The notes below the pieces were generated by a model. The model ran no database searches. It was given only the letters and a program-made list of their open reading frames with translations, and was not told the origin of the DNA. A DNA stretch of 64,000 nucleotides from Vicinamibacteria bacterium. Its GTDB lineage: Bacteria; Acidobacteriota; Vicinamibacteria; Marinacidobacterales; Marinacidobacteraceae. This document shows, in pieces, positions 20,728-29,869 of this stretch. Both the position numbers and the translations under genes were made by a program. The stretch is taken from the NCBI GenBank assembly GCA_963668695.2, contig CAXXLQ010000004.1, positions 2,880,001 through 2,944,000 on the forward strand, written 5' to 3'. The number at the start of each line of letters is the position of its first letter. Position 1 is the stretch's first letter.

Positions 20728-20808
20728 TGTTGTGAGAATGCAGTAGCGCCGGGACGCCGACAGCCCAGCTGGCGCGCTGCCAGGGAACGCCGGGCAGTTC
20801 TCCCGGTG
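20728..20808. repeat. fragment of a second repeat subtype also present at ~54485-54567
   Basis: Shared ATGCAGTAGCGCC.GGACGCCGACAGCC...TGGCGCGCTG.CA.GGGAACGCCG; ends with a CAGTTCTCCCGGTGG motif. Confidence 0.7.
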
Positions 20809-21000
20809 GAGCCCTTCAGACCGGCACCGCGGCCCGGGGGGCCGCGAAACCGCGTACCGTCGATTGCGAAGAAGCGCGGGGTGTGCAGGCCCCGATCATG
20901 GGGATTTCCCCCCCGCGGTTGGTAGCATCGTCGCCGGACCGGCGCCGGTTTCGCCGACTACCTTGGAACCCGACCCGGCGCTCCCAACGGAAACGGATTT

Positions 21001-22305
21001 TTGGCGCGGCAACCGGCACACGTGTTCCCACTCGGCACTGCGGGGGCAAACGGGGCACACCTTTTCTCCGAGTCCGCGAGATCTCCCGCTCCCCTGGACG
21101 TGGCGGCATTTGAGTCAGAGCTGCGTTCGTTTCGCGACTTCGGAACGCGAACGAGGCTGGTTCCATTTCCCGACCCGTCGGTCCGGCTTCCCGTGTACGT
21201 CAACGAGTTCTGGACCTCGAAGCAGCGGGCGGCCCATTCGCTGCACGAGATTTCGTACCGCGCCTGCTTCAAGCCGCAGTTGCCGCGCTTTTTCATTACC
21301 CGGCTGGCGCGGCCCGGAGACGTGGTGTACGACCCCTTCATGGGTCGGGGCACCACCCCGCTCGAGGCTGCCCTACTCGGGCGCCGAGCCGTCGGATCGG
21401 ACCTGAATCCATTGAGCGCCCGGCTGCTGGAACCCCGCCTGGATCCACCGCAAATCGCCGAGGTGGCCGCACGCCTCGAGTCGCTGGATCTCGAGCGCCC
21501 TTCCGATATCCCGGAGGAACTCCTCGCTTTCTACCATCCGGCCACCCTCCGGCGGGTGGTCAACCTCCGCCGGGAATTGCTCCGTCGCCGCGCGGAAGGA
21601 ACCCTCGACCGGGTGGACGCCTGGATCCAGATGGTCGCGACGAATCGGCTCACCGGGCACTCCCCGGGGTTCTTCTCGGTGTACACGCTGCCCCCCAACC
21701 AGGCGGCTTCGGTCCGGTCCCAGATCCGGATCAACGAGCGCCGGCAGCAGGCTCCTCCGGAGCGGGACGTGAAGGCTCTCATCCTGAGAAAGTCGGGGTC
21801 CCTGCTCGGCCGTTTCGATACCGGTGACGGCGTTCGGTTGGCGGGGGCAGACCCTCTTCTCCTGACCGCTTCGGCCGACTGCACGCCGGAGCTCGAGGAC
21901 GGGTCGGTCCGGTTGGTCGTGACCTCGCCGCCCTTCCTCGACGTCGTGAACTACCGGGCGGACAACTGGCTCCGTTGCTGGTTCAATGGAGTCGATCCGG
22001 ATAAGGTGGCGCTGTGGCACTGGAAGCGCGCGGCGGATTGGCAGGCGGCCATGACCCGGGTCTTCTCGGAGCTCTCCCGGGTCCTGGTCCCGTCCGGGTT
22101 GGTGGCCTTCGAAGTTGGCGAGGTGCGAAGTGGGCGCCTGCTGCTGGAGACCCTCGTGGTGCCGGCGGCCAGGGAGGCAGGACTCGAGCCGCTACTCGTG
22201 CTGGTGAACGATCAGCAGTTCACCAAGACCTCCAACTGCTGGGGGGTGGACAACCAGCGAAAGGGCACGAACACCAACCGCGTCGTGCTGCTCCGAAAGC
22301 CCTAG
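21001..22305 (+). CDS. orphan amino-DNA methyltransferase (N4-C/N6-A); start uncertain
   Basis: Motif I VYDPFMGRGTT precedes motif IV VTSPPF; no adjacent endonuclease. Confidence 0.85.
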   Translation: MARQPAHVFPLGTAGANGAHLFSESARSPAPLDVAAFESELRSFRDFGTRTRLVPFPDPSVRLPVYVNEFWTSKQRAAHSLHEISYRACFKPQLPRFFITRLARPGDVVYDPFMGRGTTPLEAALLGRRAVGSDLNPLSARLLEPRLDPPQIAEVAARLESLDLERPSDIPEELLAFYHPATLRRVVNLRRELLRRRAEGTLDRVDAWIQMVATNRLTGHSPGFFSVYTLPPNQAASVRSQIRINERRQQAPPERDVKALILRKSGSLLGRFDTGDGVRLAGADPLLLTASADCTPELEDGSVRLVVTSPPFLDVVNYRADNWLRCWFNGVDPDKVALWHWKRAADWQAAMTRVFSELSRVLVPSGLVAFEVGEVRSGRLLLETLVVPAAREAGLEPLLVLVNDQQFTKTSNCWGVDNQRKGTNTNRVVLLRKP

Positions 22306-22337
22306 CCCGAGGAAGACCTGACCGGATGGAGAGGCGC

Positions 22338-25250
22338 ATGACGGGCCGCCGGGGAGGTTCGCTGGTCCGGAACCTGTCTGCCTGGTTGCTTCTGCTCGGC
22401 GCGTCGGCCGCGAGTGCGGAGGAGCCCGGAGAAACGGCCCGGCGGGTCCTCGCTGGACTGACGCTCGATCAAAAGGTGGGCCAGGTGCTGATGCCGCGAG
22501 CCCCCGCGGAATTCCGGAACGTGGGAGATCCCGAGCGCCGGGAACTGCTCGAGCTGGCGGAAAGCGGCCGGCTGGGAGGGGTCGTGGTGTTCGCCGGCAG
22601 CCCCGAAGGCACGCGGGGAATCACCGCGGCGCTGCAGAACGTGGCGCCGCTCCCGCTGCTCGTTGCTGCCGACTACGAGTGGGGAACCCCGATGCGCACG
22701 GCCGGCGGCATCCGTTTTCCGCCGGCGATGCAGGCGGCGGCGGCGCCCGATCCCGCTGCTCTCGAACGCCAGGGGCGCATCGTGGCGCGGGAGGCGCGGG
22801 CGGTGGGAGTCCATCTGGTGCTCGCTCCGGTGCTGGACGTGCTCCAGAGCGCCTCGAGTGCGGTGATCGGGACCCGCTCATTCGGTTCCGACCCGGGTCT
22901 CGTTGCGGATCTCGGGGTCGCGTTCCTGCGAGGGATCGAAGCGGGCGGGGCGCTCGCCACTGCGAAGCACTTTCCCGGACACGGCGGAACCGGCACGGAC
23001 TCCCACAACGGGCTCGCCCTGGTCCCCGCGGATCGGGAACACCTCGACGCGGTGGATCTCGCTCCCTTCCGGGCGGCGGTGGCGGCGGGGGTTTCCGCAG
23101 TGATGCCGGGACACCTGGCGGTGCCGGCGCTCGACGGCCGGGACGATCGCCCGGCCATCCTGTCCCCGGAAATGCTCGAGGGGGTGCTTCGCTCGGAGAT
23201 GGGGTTCGACGGGTTGGTGGTGAGCGACGCGCTGGAGATGGAGGGCGCGCGCGCCGGACGCTTCGACGGTGAAGTGGCGGCGCTCGCGCTCGGGGCCGGG
23301 GTGGACGTCATCCTGGTGCCGCGCGATCCGGTGGTGGCCCACGGCGCGCTCGTCCGGGCGGTGCGCGCCGGCCGGCTCGACCCGGAACGGCTCGATGAGG
23401 CGGTGCTGCGCGTGCTGGAGGCGAAGGCGCGCCTCGGTCTCTTCGCCGACCGCACCCCGCCGGAGCCGCTCGCTGAGGCGTTCGGGGATCCGGCCGCCCG
23501 CGACTGGGCGGAGACGCTTTTTGCCCGCGGGTTGACGCTCCTCCGCGATCCGGAGGGGCTGGTCCCCTGGTCCACCCGCCTCACCGGGAAGAGGCCGGGA
23601 GCGTCCGACCTGACGCCCGACCTGCTGCTCGTCGAGATCCATCAGGAAGGTCCCTACGAGCCGGATCGCCGGCCGTTCCGGGAAGCCCTGCGCCGGAGAG
23701 GCGCCCTGTTGTCGAGGATTCCGACGACCCGTCACGGCGCCCTGCCGCTTCCCCGCTTCGCTCGGGATGCCGACCGGGCCGCTGCGGTGGTGGTGGCCGA
23801 TTTCCGGAGAGACGGTCTCGAAATGGCGGATGAGTTGCTGAATGCGGTCACTCCCTTCGCCGAGAAGTTGCTCGTGGTTTCCTTCGGCAATCCGCACGGC
23901 GTCCGGAACGCGCCGCCGGAGGCGGCAATCCTGCTCGCCTGGGACGGCGCCCGCGAGAACCAGGAAGCGGCGGCGGCCGCGCTCTTTGGCGAGAGTGCGG
24001 TGGCGGGACGCCTCCCGATCCCGCTCGAGGGGCAGGCCGCGGGAGCGGGTGTCCCAAAACAGGCGGAGCGCCAACGGCTCCGCGCGGTCCAACCCGGGGA
24101 GGTCGGCATGAGTCCCGAAGGCGTAGAGAACATCCGCGCGGTGATCGAGGATGCCATCGCCGAAGGCGTGACGCCGGGCGCGAGCGCTCTCGTGGTGCAC
24201 CGGGGCAGGGTGCTGTTTCAGGAGGGCTTTGGCCGGCTGACCTACGACGAGGACGCGCCGGCGGTGACTCCGGACACGATGTACGACCTGGCGTCGCTCA
24301 CCAAGGTCGTCGGGACGACAACCCTGGTGATGATGCTGGTTGAAGAGCGCGCGCTCGACATTTCGCTTCCGGTGAGCGCGTACCTGCCGGAGTTCCTCGA
24401 CCAGGCGCCCACCGGGGAAGAGCGGAACCGGCGGTCCGCCGTGACCGTCGCCGATCTGCTGGCTCACTGCTCGGGTCTTCCGGCATGGATCCAGTTCTAT
24501 CTGGAGTTCGACCCCGAGGCCCGCGGTCTGCCGCTCGACGAGGCCAGAAAGCTCGTCTTCGACCGGATCATGGGTGCGGCGTCCGACTACGAACCGCGCA
24601 CCGACACGGTGTATTCCGACAACGGAGTCCTCCTGGTGGGAGAAATCATCGAGCGGGTCTCCGGCAAGACTCTGGATGCACTCGTTCAGGAACGCCTCTT
24701 CGTCCCTCTCGGAATGGTGAACACGCGCTACCGGCCGCCGGCGGAATGGCTCGACCGCATCGCGCCGACCGAGGACAACCCCTGGCGGGGCACCGTGGTT
24801 CGCGGACAGGTGCACGACGAGAACACGGTGGTGCTCGGCGAGGTGGCGGCGCACGCCGGGCTCTTCAGCACCACCGGCGATCTGGGTGTCTTCCTCCAGA
24901 TGCTGCTGAACGGCGGTTCGATGAACGGCCGGCGGCTGCTGCGCGCGGACACCATCGCCCGCTTCACGCGACGCGTGGAACTCGTGCCGGGCAGCAGCCG
25001 GGCGCTCGGCTGGGACACCCCGTCCCGGAGTTCGTCCGGAGGCCCCTCTTCCGCGGGCGACCATTTCTCCGCTTCGTCCTTCGGCCATACGGGTTTCACC
25101 GGCACCTCGATCTGGGTGGATCCGGAACGCGAGCTCTTTGCGGTGCTGCTGACCAATCGCGTGTATCCCACGCGGGAAAACGAGGGAATCTTCCGCCTGC
25201 GTCCGGCCTTTCACGACGCGGTCATCGCGGCGCTCGGGGAAGATCCCTGA
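22338..25250 (+). CDS. exported GH3 beta-N-acetylglucosaminidase (NagZ-like) fused to a beta-lactamase-family serine hydrolase
   Basis: Signal peptide; KHFPGHG..TDSH and VSDAL (GH3); ASLTK, YSD, GQVHDEN, HAGLFST and FGHTGFTG (beta-lactamase fold). Confidence 0.9.
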   Translation: MTGRRGGSLVRNLSAWLLLLGASAASAEEPGETARRVLAGLTLDQKVGQVLMPRAPAEFRNVGDPERRELLELAESGRLGGVVVFAGSPEGTRGITAALQNVAPLPLLVAADYEWGTPMRTAGGIRFPPAMQAAAAPDPAALERQGRIVAREARAVGVHLVLAPVLDVLQSASSAVIGTRSFGSDPGLVADLGVAFLRGIEAGGALATAKHFPGHGGTGTDSHNGLALVPADREHLDAVDLAPFRAAVAAGVSAVMPGHLAVPALDGRDDRPAILSPEMLEGVLRSEMGFDGLVVSDALEMEGARAGRFDGEVAALALGAGVDVILVPRDPVVAHGALVRAVRAGRLDPERLDEAVLRVLEAKARLGLFADRTPPEPLAEAFGDPAARDWAETLFARGLTLLRDPEGLVPWSTRLTGKRPGASDLTPDLLLVEIHQEGPYEPDRRPFREALRRRGALLSRIPTTRHGALPLPRFARDADRAAAVVVADFRRDGLEMADELLNAVTPFAEKLLVVSFGNPHGVRNAPPEAAILLAWDGARENQEAAAAALFGESAVAGRLPIPLEGQAAGAGVPKQAERQRLRAVQPGEVGMSPEGVENIRAVIEDAIAEGVTPGASALVVHRGRVLFQEGFGRLTYDEDAPAVTPDTMYDLASLTKVVGTTTLVMMLVEERALDISLPVSAYLPEFLDQAPTGEERNRRSAVTVADLLAHCSGLPAWIQFYLEFDPEARGLPLDEARKLVFDRIMGAASDYEPRTDTVYSDNGVLLVGEIIERVSGKTLDALVQERLFVPLGMVNTRYRPPAEWLDRIAPTEDNPWRGTVVRGQVHDENTVVLGEVAAHAGLFSTTGDLGVFLQMLLNGGSMNGRRLLRADTIARFTRRVELVPGSSRALGWDTPSRSSSGGPSSAGDHFSASSFGHTGFTGTSIWVDPERELFAVLLTNRVYPTRENEGIFRLRPAFHDAVIAALGEDP

Positions 25251-25396
25251 GTCGATCCGGTCTGCCCCGCGCAGAACCCGGTTGCCGGCGTTCCGGTTTG
25301 GCGGGGGATTGTGGTTCCCGTACACTCATAAGGTTCGGCGCCGCCACGGTGCCGGTGTTTGATATCCGGTCGGGGCAGGAGCTCCGGGAGAAAGAA

Positions 25397-26557
25397 ATGA
25401 AAAACAAGAATCTGGCTCTTGTCCTGATCGCTTTGGGGACGGCCTTCGCCGTCGGCTGTCAGGCTGACGCCGAACGGACGAGCGGCGCACCGATGGACGA
25501 CCCGCACGCGGAGCACGCGGTAATGCCCGAGGTGGATCCGCATTGGCCCATGCTTCCCGACGACTGGCTGATCGGGGAAGTCGCCGGGATCGCGGTGGAC
25601 ATGAACGACCACATCTGGCTCATTCATCGTCCCCGCACCCTGAACGCCGACGAAGCGGGGCTCGCGCAGGATCCGCCCCTCTCCCAGTGTTGCAACCCGG
25701 CGCCGCCGGTGCTGAAGTTCGACGCCGACGGGAACCTGCTCGACAGTTGGGGCGACGCGGGCGGCTATCAGGGCGAGGGCTACGAGTGGCCGGCGAGCGA
25801 GCACGGGATCTTCGTGGACCACCTGGGGAACGTCTGGATCGCCGGCAACGGGCCCGACGACCACCAGGTCCTCAAGTTCAGCGGTGACGGCACCTTCCTC
25901 ATGCAGATCGGGCAGGCGGGCCGCACCGAAGGCAGCAATAACACCGAGTTTCTCGGACGCCCCGCCGACATGGAAGTGGATCCCGAGACCAACGAGCTCT
26001 ACATCGCGGACGGCTACCTCAACAAGCGCGTCATCGTGTTCAATGCCGAGACCGGTGAGTATCTGCGGCACTGGGGCGCCTACGGGCACGAGCCCTCCGA
26101 CGAGGACACCGGCGGGTTCGCCCCGGGCTCCGAGCCGATCCAGCAGTTCCGGAACCCGGTGCACGCCGTCCGGATCGCCAAGGACGGGATGGTCTACGTG
26201 GCCGACCGGGTGAACAACCGGATCCAGGTGTTTCAGAAGGACGGGACCTACGTGAGCGAGATGATCGTGGAAGGGAACAGCCTCGGGAACGGCTCCACCT
26301 GGGACCTCGAGCTCTCGCCGGACGAAGGGCAGGTGGATCTTTACAACGCGGACGGCCAGAACCAGCGGATCCACATCATCAACCGCGCCACGATGGAGAT
26401 CGAGGCTTACTTCGGGCGGCGCGGCCGTTACGCCGGCCAGTTCCACTGGGTCCACAACCTGGTCGTGGATTCGATGGGCAACTTCTACACCGCCGAGGTG
26501 AACCAGGGACGCCGGGCGCAGAAGTTCGTCGTGAGCCACGCGGGTCACGTCCACTGA
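25397..26557 (+). CDS. NHL-repeat beta-propeller lipoprotein (peptidylglycine lyase-like)
   Basis: MKNKNLALVLIALGTAFAVGC lipobox; repeats HGIFVD..GNVWI, LYIADGY.NKRV, VYVADR.NNRIQVF, HNLVVDS.GN.YTAE. Confidence 0.85.
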   Translation: MKNKNLALVLIALGTAFAVGCQADAERTSGAPMDDPHAEHAVMPEVDPHWPMLPDDWLIGEVAGIAVDMNDHIWLIHRPRTLNADEAGLAQDPPLSQCCNPAPPVLKFDADGNLLDSWGDAGGYQGEGYEWPASEHGIFVDHLGNVWIAGNGPDDHQVLKFSGDGTFLMQIGQAGRTEGSNNTEFLGRPADMEVDPETNELYIADGYLNKRVIVFNAETGEYLRHWGAYGHEPSDEDTGGFAPGSEPIQQFRNPVHAVRIAKDGMVYVADRVNNRIQVFQKDGTYVSEMIVEGNSLGNGSTWDLELSPDEGQVDLYNADGQNQRIHIINRATMEIEAYFGRRGRYAGQFHWVHNLVVDSMGNFYTAEVNQGRRAQKFVVSHAGHVH

Positions 26558-26694
26558 TCGCCGCCCGGGTTCGGGAATCCCTGAGAAAGCCCTCCCTGAG
26601 AAAGTCCTGACCCGAAGGCCGTGCGCCTCGCTTCGGGCGAGGCGCACGGTCGTTTTTGTCCTCGCCCGGCGCGAGTCGCGGGCCTGATCGCATC

Positions 26695-28026
26695 ATGCAG
26701 AAGCGCGCCCGAACAGTGGCTTCGCTGCTCGCAGCGACCCTTGTCTTCCTGGCCGTCGTTCCGCGGCCGGCGGTTGCGCATGACATCCCGGACGAGGTCC
26801 GGATCCCCGTCTTCGTGCGCGAGCTGGACGGAGAGCTGCACCTGGTGGCCCGGGTGCCGCTGCTCCTGCTGCTGTCTCTGAACGTGCCCAAGTGGGGCGC
26901 CGGGTTCCTTGATTTCGAGCGCGCGGATCCCGCGCTCCGGCGTGCGGGGGAGGCGTTCGGCGCCGAAGCGCCGCTGTTCCATCCCGACGGCAGCCTCCTG
27001 CCGCCCACGCTGCGGAGCTACCGGATCGCGCTCCCGTGGGACCGCTCCTTCACCTCCTTCGAATCGGCTCGGGAGACGGTCCTCTCCGAGTCGCTGCCAT
27101 CCGATACCCAGATCTTCTGGAATCAGGGTTTTCTGGATCTTTATCTGACCTATCCGGCACCGACCGACGGAAGCGCGTCCATCGAGTGCACGGTCGCACC
27201 CGGTTTTGGCGACCGGGTAGCGCTCGATCTCGTTTACGAGCGGCGTGCCGAGGACGCGGATGACTGGAAGAGCCACCTCTTCCATATCAGCATCCGGGAG
27301 GGGCGGGTGGTTCTCGACCCCTCGCCCTTCCAGGCCTTTTTCGCCTTCGGACGCTCCGGGGTCGAACACATCCTCACCGGCTGGGACCACCTGCTCTTCC
27401 TGATCTGCCTCATTGCTCCCTTCGGACAGCTCGGGCGCCTCCGGCACCTTCTCTTGATCGTGACCGGGTTCACCGTGGCCCACTCGGTGACCCTGGTGGC
27501 GGCGGCGCTCGGCCACGCTCCGACCGCGCTGTGGTTCGTTCCGCTCGTCGAGGGCGTCGTGGCGCTCTCGATCCTCTATACGGCGATCGAAAACCTGATT
27601 TCGGCAAGCGTCGTGCGGCGGGCGGTACTGGCTTTCGGCTTCGGGCTCTTCCACGGCTTTGGCTTCGCTTTCGCGCTCGGCGAATCGCTGGCCTTCGCCG
27701 GCGACCACCTCCCGCTCGCGCTCTTTTCGTTCAATCTGGGAGTGGAGGCAGGCCAGGCCGCGGTTGTCCTCGCGGTCATTCCGATCCTCCATCTGCTGGG
27801 CGGTCGCGAGCGGTCCCGGTTCGCGGTGACGGCCCTGCTCTCGGTGGTTGGCGGTCACGCCGCGTGGCACCTGCTCGAATCCCGCTACTCCGAGCTGACC
27901 CGGGCCTGGGCGATCTCGGGGGGGGCGCCGCCTTCATGGTCCTGGCTGCTTTGGCCGCTCATCCTCGCCGGCGCCGCCGGCTGGGCGGCAGTGGTATGGC
28001 GCCGCCGCGCGCCAAGTCGAGGCTGA
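26695..28026 (+). CDS. HupE/UreJ-family (HupE_UreJ_2) membrane protein
   Basis: AHD N-terminus, GVEHILTGWDHLLFL, FTVAHSVTL, FGLFHGFGFA, FNLGVEAGQ. Confidence 0.88.
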   Translation: MQKRARTVASLLAATLVFLAVVPRPAVAHDIPDEVRIPVFVRELDGELHLVARVPLLLLLSLNVPKWGAGFLDFERADPALRRAGEAFGAEAPLFHPDGSLLPPTLRSYRIALPWDRSFTSFESARETVLSESLPSDTQIFWNQGFLDLYLTYPAPTDGSASIECTVAPGFGDRVALDLVYERRAEDADDWKSHLFHISIREGRVVLDPSPFQAFFAFGRSGVEHILTGWDHLLFLICLIAPFGQLGRLRHLLLIVTGFTVAHSVTLVAAALGHAPTALWFVPLVEGVVALSILYTAIENLISASVVRRAVLAFGFGLFHGFGFAFALGESLAFAGDHLPLALFSFNLGVEAGQAAVVLAVIPILHLLGGRERSRFAVTALLSVVGGHAAWHLLESRYSELTRAWAISGGAPPSWSWLLWPLILAGAAGWAAVVWRRRAPSRG

Positions 28027-28114
28027 CCGCCCCCGCGGGAGGCCACCGGTCCCAGGCGGCGGCGCGCTCAGGCGGGTCGGCGGTACCCAGCGGGCGGGGC
28101 TCCATTCCCGGTGT

Positions 28115-28758
28115 CAACAACCTGTGGTGAAACCCAGGCGGCGTTCAAGCGGCGATCGATCCCGCCGGAATACAACCCGGTATTCCTCCCTCACGCGCCT
28201 TGTCAGCCGGGCCCCCACCGGGAGGACTGGCCCCACCGGGAGAACTGGGCCTCGCCCCCACCGGGAGGACTGGCCGACCTCGGCGCTCACGTGGGTTCCA
28301 CCACCGGCTGTTCACCGCGTCGCTTCGCGCCGCTCATCGTTGCGTTTCGGTCGGAATACACCCGGTATTCCTCCCTCACGCGCCTTGTCAGCCGGGCCCC
28401 CACCGGGAGGACTGGCCCCACCGGGAGAACTGGGCCTCGCCCCCACCGGGAGGACTGGCCAACCTCGGCGCTCACGTGGGTTCCACCACCGGCTGTTCAC
28501 CGCGTCGCTTCGCGCCGCTCATCGTTGCGTTTCGGTCGGAATACACCCGGTATTCCTCCCTCACGCGCCTTGTCAGCCGGGCGCCTCCCCGGCCTCGGCG
28601 CTCCCGTGGGCTCCACCACCGGCTGTTCACCGCGCCGCTTCGCTCCGTTCTGCGTTGCGTTTCGGTCGAAATACACCCGGCATTCCTCCCTCACGCGCCT
28701 TGTCAGCCGGGCGCCTCACCGCTCTCGGCGCTCACCCGGGTTCCACCACAGGCTGTTA
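28115..28758 (+). mobile_element. compound MITE with four head-to-tail modules (first partial, then ~185, ~130 and ~131 bp)
   Basis: Repeated TCGTTGCGTTTCGGTCG.AATACACCCGGTATTCCTCCCTCACGCGCCTTGTCAGCCGGG core; each module ends CCAC(C/A)GGCTGTT; terminal TA at 28757-28758. Confidence 0.88.
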
Positions 28759-28771
28759 GCATGCGGCGCCG

Positions 28772-29857
28772 ATGAGTCCACCCCCCTCTGCGCCCGCGTC
28801 CAGCCCTCCCATCCGCATCGAGCGGGTCCCTGAGTCCCGGCTGCCCCAGGTAGATCTGACGAACGTAGCGTTCGGTCGGGTGTACAGCGACCACATGCTG
28901 AGCGCCCGCTGCCGCGACGGCGGGTGGGACGCCCCGGAGATCGTTCCGTTCGGAGACATCTCGCTCCATCCGGCGACGGCGGTGTTCCACTACGCCCAGG
29001 CCATCTTCGAGGGGATGAAGGCGCACCTGACCGACGACGGCGTTCCGGTGCTCTTCCGGCCGGAGGAAAACTGGCGGCGCTTGAACCGGTCGGCGCGCCG
29101 GATGGTGATGGCCGAGGTCCCGGAGGACATTTTCCTCGGCGGCGTCCGTGAACTCGTCCGGCTCGACCGGGACTGGATCCCCGGAAACGAGTTCGGCTCC
29201 CTCTACATTCGCCCCTTTCTGTTCGCCTCCGATCCCTTCATCGGGGTAAGTCCCTCGCGGGAATACCGGTTCTTCATATTCACCGCCCCGGTCGGCGCCT
29301 ACTACGAAGGCTCGGTGAGCCTCTACGTGACCAGGAAGTGGATTCGCGCTGCCGAGGGTGGCATCGGAGAAGCGAAGGCCGCCGGAAACTACTCCGCGAG
29401 CTACTACGGGATGGCGGAGGCTAAGGAGCATGGCTGCGACAACGTGCTCTGGCTGGACGCGAAGGAACACCGGTTTGTCGAGGAATGCGGCACGATGAAC
29501 ATGATGTTCGTGATCGGCGATCGGGTGGTAACGCCGCCTCTCGGGGGCACCATCCTGCCGGGGATCACCCGGGACAGTGCGATCCGGCTCCTCCGCGAGC
29601 AACTGGGAACCGCGGTGGAGGAACGGCCGGTATCCATCGAGGAAGTGGCCGAGGCGCACGCTTCCGGGACGCTTCGCGAATGCTTCGGGGTGGGAACCGC
29701 CGCGGTCGTGACTCCGGTTGCGCGTTTGACCGGCGGCGGCGTGGAAGTCAACCTCCCGGAGGAAACCCCGATACAGGACGCGTTACGGGATGTGCTGACC
29801 GGGATCCGACTCGGGCGCCGTCCCGATCCCTACGGCTGGGTGGACCGGCTTCTCTGA
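28772..29857 (+). CDS. ilvE: branched-chain amino acid aminotransferase
   Basis: FHYAQAIFEGMKA, LYIRPF, EAKAAGNY (PLP Lys), EECGTMN, ILPGITRDS, GTAAVVTP. Confidence 0.95.
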   Translation: MSPPPSAPASSPPIRIERVPESRLPQVDLTNVAFGRVYSDHMLSARCRDGGWDAPEIVPFGDISLHPATAVFHYAQAIFEGMKAHLTDDGVPVLFRPEENWRRLNRSARRMVMAEVPEDIFLGGVRELVRLDRDWIPGNEFGSLYIRPFLFASDPFIGVSPSREYRFFIFTAPVGAYYEGSVSLYVTRKWIRAAEGGIGEAKAAGNYSASYYGMAEAKEHGCDNVLWLDAKEHRFVEECGTMNMMFVIGDRVVTPPLGGTILPGITRDSAIRLLREQLGTAVEERPVSIEEVAEAHASGTLRECFGVGTAAVVTPVARLTGGGVEVNLPEETPIQDALRDVLTGIRLGRRPDPYGWVDRLL

Positions 29858-29869
29858 CAGTCCGTCGTC

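Noticed and set aside
17412-20735. 1107-aa plus-strand ORF and other long antisense ORFs (e.g. 22878-25325, 59586-61739)
   Set aside because: Shadow ORFs opposite well-supported genes; expected from high GC3 codon bias; no motifs
24100-25250. Antibiotic-resistance beta-lactamase
   Set aside because: The domain is fused to a GH3 NagZ and has the VHDEN/HAGLFS features of esterase/amidase-type family members
26578-26608. 15-bp direct repeat TCCCTGAGAAAG(C/T)CC as an operator
   Set aside because: Only two copies, no regulator nearby, and similar short duplications occur elsewhere; cannot be supported
28111-28833. ORFs in MITE regions (also 3867-4275, 13819-14394, 48496-49440, and the 52833-53340 extension of pilC)
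   Set aside because: The same peptides (RYSSLTRLVSRA, PHRENW) recur in all frames because they derive from non-coding repeats
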